Shown here one piece after another: positions 59,380 to 64,000 of a stretch of 64,000 bases of DNA. Source of the DNA: Solirubrobacteraceae bacterium (GTDB lineage: Bacteria > Actinomycetota > Thermoleophilia > Solirubrobacterales > Solirubrobacteraceae). Location of the stretch: NCBI GenBank assembly GCA_017882445.1, contig JADGPK010000009.1, positions 9,309-73,308 of the forward strand. The letters are read 5' to 3'. The position numbers were made by a program, and so were the translations under genes. The notes beneath the pieces were generated by a model. It did not search any database, was not told the DNA's origin, and saw nothing but the letters and a program-made list of their open reading frames with translations. Each line of letters begins with the position of its first letter. Position 1 is the stretch's first letter.

Positions 59380-60384
59380 TCAGGCACTGCGAATGGCCGG
59401 CCGGACGCCACCCGTGGCGGCTCCAAGCTCCGACCGGCCCGGCTCCTGGCGCTGGGTATGTGCGTCGTAGGCCTCGACTATGCGCTGGACGAGCTTGTGA
59501 CGCACCACATCCTCGCCGCCGAAGCGCACGAACTCGATCCCCTCGACAGCAGCGAGCACGTCCCCCACGACGATCAGCCCCGACTGCTGCTCGCGTGGAA
59601 GATCCACCTGGGTGATGTCTCCCGTCACCACCATCCTGGAACCGAAGCCCAGCCTCGTCATGAACATCTTCATCTGCTCAGGGGTCGTGTTCTGAGCCTC
59701 ATCGAGGATCACGAACGAGTCGTTGAGCGTGCGTCCGCGCATGAACGCGAGCGGCGCTATCTCGATCACGCCGCGCTCGATGTGCTGGGAGACCTTCTCC
59801 GGATCGAGCATGTCGTGCAGCGCGTCGAAGAGCGGACGCAGGTAGGGGTCGACCTTGGCCATCAGATCGCCGGGCAGGAAACCGAGGCGCTCACCCGCCT
59901 CCACCGCGGGCCTCGTGAGGATGATGCGGTTGACCTCATGCCGCGAGAGTGCGGCGGCGGCCATGGCGACCGCGAGGAACGTCTTTCCCGTGCCCGCGGG
60001 CCCCACGCCGAACGTGACGGTGTTATCGCGCACCGAGTCCACGTAGCGCTTCTGGTTGACCGTCTTCGGGGCCACACGCAGGCCACGGTGACTCCAGACG
60101 ACGTCCTCGAGCACCCGCGCGGGCGATTCATGCGCGTCGAGCGCGCCCGTGACCGCCATGATCGTGCCCGGGCCTATCTGGTGGCCACGGGCGATCAGAT
60201 CGGACAGCTCGCGCACGACCCGCTCGCCCGCGTCGGTCTCGCTTGCCTCGCCGTCGAAGGTCAGCAGGTTGCCGCGAAGGAAGACCTTGCAATCGAGGTG
60301 CGACTCCAGTGCGCGAAGCACCGCATCCTGGCTACCCGCCAGCTCGGCGGCCACTTCGTTGGAAAGCTCGATCTGCGTCCTCAT
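59380..60384 (-). CDS. phoH: PhoH-family ATPase (YbeZ-like)
   Basis: GPAGTGKT, RPAVEAGE, AFMRGRT, LDEAQN, VVRH. Confidence 0.93.
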   Translation of the reverse strand: MRTQIELSNEVAAELAGSQDAVLRALESHLDCKVFLRGNLLTFDGEASETDAGERVVRELSDLIARGHQIGPGTIMAVTGALDAHESPARVLEDVVWSHRGLRVAPKTVNQKRYVDSVRDNTVTFGVGPAGTGKTFLAVAMAAAALSRHEVNRIILTRPAVEAGERLGFLPGDLMAKVDPYLRPLFDALHDMLDPEKVSQHIERGVIEIAPLAFMRGRTLNDSFVILDEAQNTTPEQMKMFMTRLGFGSRMVVTGDITQVDLPREQQSGLIVVGDVLAAVEGIEFVRFGGEDVVRHKLVQRIVEAYDAHTQRQEPGRSELGAATGGVRPAIRSA

Positions 60385-60812
60385 CCTTGCAGCGCTGCTC
60401 GCACGAGCCCGGATACCCGCTGGCCGTCTGCGCGGCCGTCGACCGCGGCCATCGCCTGCTTCATCGCGGCTCCCATGTCCTTGGCCGACTCGGCGCCGCT
60501 CTCGCGCACGGCCTGCTCGACGATCACACCGAGCTCCTGCTCGGAGAGCTCCGCCGGGAGATATCCGCCGATCAGCTCTCCCTCGGCCTCCTCGCCGGCG
60601 GCGAGATCGTCACGCCCCGCATCGCGGTAGGCCCTGGCGGCCTCCAGTCGGCGCTTGCGCTCGCGGCGCAACACGGCGAGCTCGTCGCCGGAGCCCTCCT
60701 TGGCGGCCTTCTGCAGCTCGGACAGCACGAGCCTCAGCGCCCCGACCCGGTGCCGTTCTCCTGCGCGCATCGCACCGTGCAGGTCAGCCTTGATCTGCTC
60801 GAGTATCGCCAT
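60381..60812 (-). CDS. yqeY: GatB/YqeY domain protein
   Basis: AMRAG, KRRLEA...Y, YLPAELS, KDMG, GRADG. Confidence 0.88.
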   Translation of the reverse strand: MAILEQIKADLHGAMRAGERHRVGALRLVLSELQKAAKEGSGDELAVLRRERKRRLEAARAYRDAGRDDLAAGEEAEGELIGGYLPAELSEQELGVIVEQAVRESGAESAKDMGAAMKQAMAAVDGRADGQRVSGLVRAALQG

Positions 60813-60855
60813 CTGGACACCAGGATACGCCGGTCGGGCGATGGCTGGACTCCTC

Positions 60856-62223
60856 TCAATCGTGCTCGAGCGGAGTCGGGCTGCCCAGCCGCCCGGGCGA
60901 GGAGGAGTCCCTGCCGAACACGAGCGCGACATTCCAGTCGACCAGCAGGCGCAGCCGACGGCCGAAACCGGGCATCAGGAGCAGGTGGTAGGTGCGTGCG
61001 ATGAGCCAGGCGGGAAAGCCGCGCCAGCGGATGCCCAGCGTGATCGCGACGGCCTTGTTGCGCCCCAGCTCTGCGACGACTCCTTTCGTGCGGTAGCGGA
61101 AGGCCCTGGGCTGCCCGCCCCTCAACGTCGAGGCCACGTTGCGCGCGACGAGCCGACCCTGGCGGATCGCATGCTGCGCCGTCGGGGGACAGCTGCGTCC
61201 TGGCCTGGAGGCGTCGGGCACCGCGGCGCAGTCACCGATCGCCCACACACGCGCCAGGTCCGCGGCGGACGGCGCGTCCGTGGCAGACGGCGCATGCGTG
61301 GCGGAGGGAGCGTCCGTGGCGGAGGGAGCGTCCTCCACCGGGGCCTGGACGCGCATGGTCCTGTCGACCATCACCCGGCCGTCGCGATCGAGCGGCAGAC
61401 CGAGCCTTGAGACGACCGGGCTGGGCTTCACCCCCGCCGTCCAGACGACCATTCGCGCGGGGATCGTCTCGCCTTCGGAGAGTGTTGCCCCGCGCTCGGT
61501 CACCGCGGACAGCGTGGTGTCGGTTCGTACCTCGATCCCACGTCCGCGCAGCTCGTCTTCGGCGAACTCGGAGAGGCTCGCGGGAACCTCCTGCATGATC
61601 CGCTCCCTCGCCTCGACCAGGACCCAACGCATTCCATGAGCGCGACAGCGCGGATACATCGCGATCGCCTGGACGGCGAAATCCTGCAGCTCGGCCAGGC
61701 CCTCGACGCCGGCATAGCCGGCCCCCACGAATACGAATCCGAGGTACTCGGTGCGGCGAGCCGGGTCCTCCAGAGACTCGGCGATGTCCAGGCAGCTGAG
61801 CAACTGATTGCGCAGGGCGGTGGCGTCCGACAGGGACTTCAGCCCGGTCGCGTGCTCGGCAAGGCCGGGGATCGGAAGCGTGCGGGAGACCGACCCGAGG
61901 GCGACGATGAGCTGGTCATAATGGAGCTCCAGCAGCTCGCCGTCGATCCGCTGGACGCCGAGCGCGCACCGCGCGAGGTCGGCGCCGGTCACCTTGCCGA
62001 TGACGACATCGCTGCACCGGAGCTGGGACCGCAGGGGCACGACGACGTGGCGAGGGTCGAGTGTGGCCCCGGCGGCGCCGGGCAGCAGCGGGGTGTAGAG
62101 CAGGAAGTTGGCCTCGTTGACCAGCGTTACATGAGCGCTCTGCGCGGGCAGCAAGCGCTCGAGGGCCTGTGCCGCATAGAAGCCCCCGAATCCACCGCCC
62201 GCGATCACGACTTGCCAGGCCAC
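60856..62223 (-). CDS. Type II NADH dehydrogenase-like FAD oxidoreductase
   Basis: GGGFGG, YTPLL, GAGYAGVE, VWTAGV, WAIGDCA, PPTAQHAIRQG. Confidence 0.85.
   Translation of the reverse strand: MAWQVVIAGGGFGGFYAAQALERLLPAQSAHVTLVNEANFLLYTPLLPGAAGATLDPRHVVVPLRSQLRCSDVVIGKVTGADLARCALGVQRIDGELLELHYDQLIVALGSVSRTLPIPGLAEHATGLKSLSDATALRNQLLSCLDIAESLEDPARRTEYLGFVFVGAGYAGVEGLAELQDFAVQAIAMYPRCRAHGMRWVLVEARERIMQEVPASLSEFAEDELRGRGIEVRTDTTLSAVTERGATLSEGETIPARMVVWTAGVKPSPVVSRLGLPLDRDGRVMVDRTMRVQAPVEDAPSATDAPSATHAPSATDAPSAADLARVWAIGDCAAVPDASRPGRSCPPTAQHAIRQGRLVARNVASTLRGGQPRAFRYRTKGVVAELGRNKAVAITLGIRWRGFPAWLIARTYHLLLMPGFGRRLRLLVDWNVALVFGRDSSSPGRLGSPTPLEHD
61264..61335. repeat. 4 x 18-bp in-frame tandem repeat in the ndh-like gene
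   Basis: Units ggcggacggcgcgtccgt / ggcagacggcgcatgcgt / ggcggagggagcgtccgt / ggcggagggagcgtcctc, encoding EDAPSA-TDAPSA-THAPSA-TDAPSA. Confidence 0.85.
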
Positions 62224-62246
62224 GAGGACAGAATAGGGTGAAGCGC

Positions 62247-63380
62247 GTGACCAATTCCCTCTATCTCGACGCGCTCGCCCCCTTCCTCGCAGAGGTGCGG
62301 CGCCTGCGCCCGCGGGACACCGAAGTGATCGACGCCCATACGCATCTGGGCCTGGACGAGGACGGGCGATCGCTCACCCTCGTCCAGCTGCTCGCCCAGC
62401 TCGACGACGCGGACGCACGCCGGGCGTGCGTGTTTCCGCTGCACGACCCCGAGCGCAAGCCCGCCTACAGCGTGCCCAACGACCGCGTCCTCGGGTGGGC
62501 GCGCGAAAGCGATGGCAGGCTCATGCCCTTCTGCCGCCTTGACCCGGCCGAAGACCCGTTGTCGGAGGGCGAACGCTGCCTGGCCGCGGGAGCGCGCGGC
62601 ATCAAGCTGCACCCACGGGCCCAGGACTTCGACTTCGACGGTCAGGAGATGGACGGTATCTTCAAGCTGGCGGAAGCGGCTGGGGTGCCGATCCTGATCC
62701 ACGCCGGACGCGGCCTGCCGCCGCTCGCCGAGGGGCTCGTCGACCTCGCGCTGCGTCATCCGGGAGCGGTGCTGATCATGGCCCACGGGGCGATCTGCGA
62801 CCAGGGCATCCTCACCTCGCGTCTGGCCGATCATCCGGGCGTTCTGTACGACGTCTCATGCTTCTTTCCGCTCGACGTGATCGAGCTGTTCGCGCGGGTA
62901 CCGGCCGAGCGGATCGTGTTCGCCTCCGATCCGCCGTACGGCCTTCCCGCCACCTCCCTCTACATGGTGCTGCGCGTGGCGTCGCAGGCTGGTCTCGACG
63001 AGCAGACGACGCGCGCGGTGCTCGGCGGCACGATGGCTGGGCTCCTCGACGGGGACGGTCTGCCAGCGGTCGCTCCCGTGCGCCGGGGATCCTCGATCGA
63101 GCTATCCGGCCGACTGGCTCGCGTGTACGGCTACGCGAGCCTCGTCGGCCCGGCCCTGTTCGCGGGCGCAATCGAGCAGGCGCGTGCGATGTTGGACATG
63201 GCGGTCGCCGCGTGCCGCGACCCCGAGCCGGGATCGGTGGGCGAGGCGCTCGACACGATCGGCGCGGCCCTGAGCGCCGCAGACGCCCTGCTGGACGCCG
63301 AGGGCGGCGTTCGCGCGGCGATCGATCTGGTCTATAGGGCGATCGTCCGCGCGGCGACCGAGATACCCGACCGCGCCTGA
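62247..63380 (+). CDS. Amidohydrolase-family (TIM-barrel metallo-hydrolase) protein
   Basis: IDAHTH, GIKLHP, LIHAG, AHG, FASDPPYG; start GTG 62247 (or 62238). Confidence 0.85.
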   Translation: MTNSLYLDALAPFLAEVRRLRPRDTEVIDAHTHLGLDEDGRSLTLVQLLAQLDDADARRACVFPLHDPERKPAYSVPNDRVLGWARESDGRLMPFCRLDPAEDPLSEGERCLAAGARGIKLHPRAQDFDFDGQEMDGIFKLAEAAGVPILIHAGRGLPPLAEGLVDLALRHPGAVLIMAHGAICDQGILTSRLADHPGVLYDVSCFFPLDVIELFARVPAERIVFASDPPYGLPATSLYMVLRVASQAGLDEQTTRAVLGGTMAGLLDGDGLPAVAPVRRGSSIELSGRLARVYGYASLVGPALFAGAIEQARAMLDMAVAACRDPEPGSVGEALDTIGAALSAADALLDAEGGVRAAIDLVYRAIVRAATEIPDRA

Positions 63381-64000
63381 TCAGTCGCCGGACATCCACA
63401 CGGCCGCCCACTCGCCGCTGGCGCACCGCTTGCGCTCGCGCAGAGCGAACCGGTCGGCGAACGCTCCGACGATCTCATCGACCTCCTCCCTCAGCAGGCC
63501 GCCTGCCACCAGGTGCGAGGGTGCACTGGGCATCGTGCCCGCGAGTTCGACCAACAGCGGTCGCAGCAGGTTGGCCAGGAGCACCGTCGGACGGGTCGGC
63601 GGCTCCCCGGCCGCCATCCAGGGAAGCCGCTCCTCTCGCAGGTCGAAGCGACGAACCTCGATCTCGACGTCGTTGATCTCGGCGTTCTCCCGCGCGGCGT
63701 CCACGCTCTCCTGCTCGTGGTCGAGCCCGAGCACCGGTGCAAACCCGAGTGTTGCGGCGGCGATCGCGAGCACTCCCGACCCCGTGCCCACGTCCAACAG
63801 CGCGCCGGCGGGCTGCTCGTTCGCGGCCAGCTCGAGCAGCAGCTCCAGGCACAGGCGCGTGCTCGCGTGTCCGCCCGTCCCGAACGCCTGACCCGGGTCG
63901 ATCACGATCTCCCGCACCGGCCCATCGTTCTGCTCGCTCGGAGCCTCCCACGGTGGCCGCACATGGATGGCGGGAACACGAGCGCGCTCACCGCTGGGCG
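63381..64000 (-). CDS. prmA: Ribosomal protein L11 methyltransferase; 5' end outside the window
   Basis: IDPGQAFGTGGHASTRLCL, LDVGTGSGVLAI, LANL. Confidence 0.9.
   Translation of the reverse strand, partial: PSGERARVPAIHVRPPWEAPSEQNDGPVREIVIDPGQAFGTGGHASTRLCLELLLELAANEQPAGALLDVGTGSGVLAIAAATLGFAPVLGLDHEQESVDAARENAEINDVEIEVRRFDLREERLPWMAAGEPPTRPTVLLANLLRPLLVELAGTMPSAPSHLVAGGLLREEVDEIVGAFADRFALRERKRCASGEWAAVWMSGD

Overview
High-GC bacterial chromosomal segment made up almost entirely of core genes, mostly on the minus strand. Gene content and order suggest a deep-branching actinobacterium, probably Thermoleophilia/Solirubrobacterales (inference: actinobacterial-style leaderless promoters and no ftsA, combined with split gcvPA/gcvPB, AroH-type chorismate mutase and Firmicute-like operons). 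In order, the window holds: a surface-glycosylation cluster; rpe, a small zinc-ribbon gene, rsmB, fmt, def, priA, metK; der, cmk, aroA, tyrA, aroF, hisC, aroH, rluB; rlmN; scpBA, trpS; the glycine cleavage genes; the dcw cluster mraZ..ftsZ without murD; two lipoproteins; a trp operon split by htrA, plus hisIE; an ArsA-like ATPase; era, ybeY, phoH, yqeY, an ndh-like gene; an amidohydrolase; and partial prmA. I saw no rRNA, tRNA, CRISPR array or transposase. The most unusual signals are non-coding. (1) An array of five back-to-back 22-24 bp palindromes with a shared CA(T/C)G centre and covarying arms lies between ftsZ and gcvT, next to a sixth 26-bp palindrome. (2) A Trp/Phe-containing leader peptide followed by a large stem-loop precedes aroF-tyrA-aroA. 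(3) A 137-bp MITE-like element supplies the stop codons of both rlmN and scpB. (4) Paired CTCA-N9-TGAG boxes sit upstream of a consensus ftsZ promoter. Start codons were adjusted by eye and are approximate where stated.
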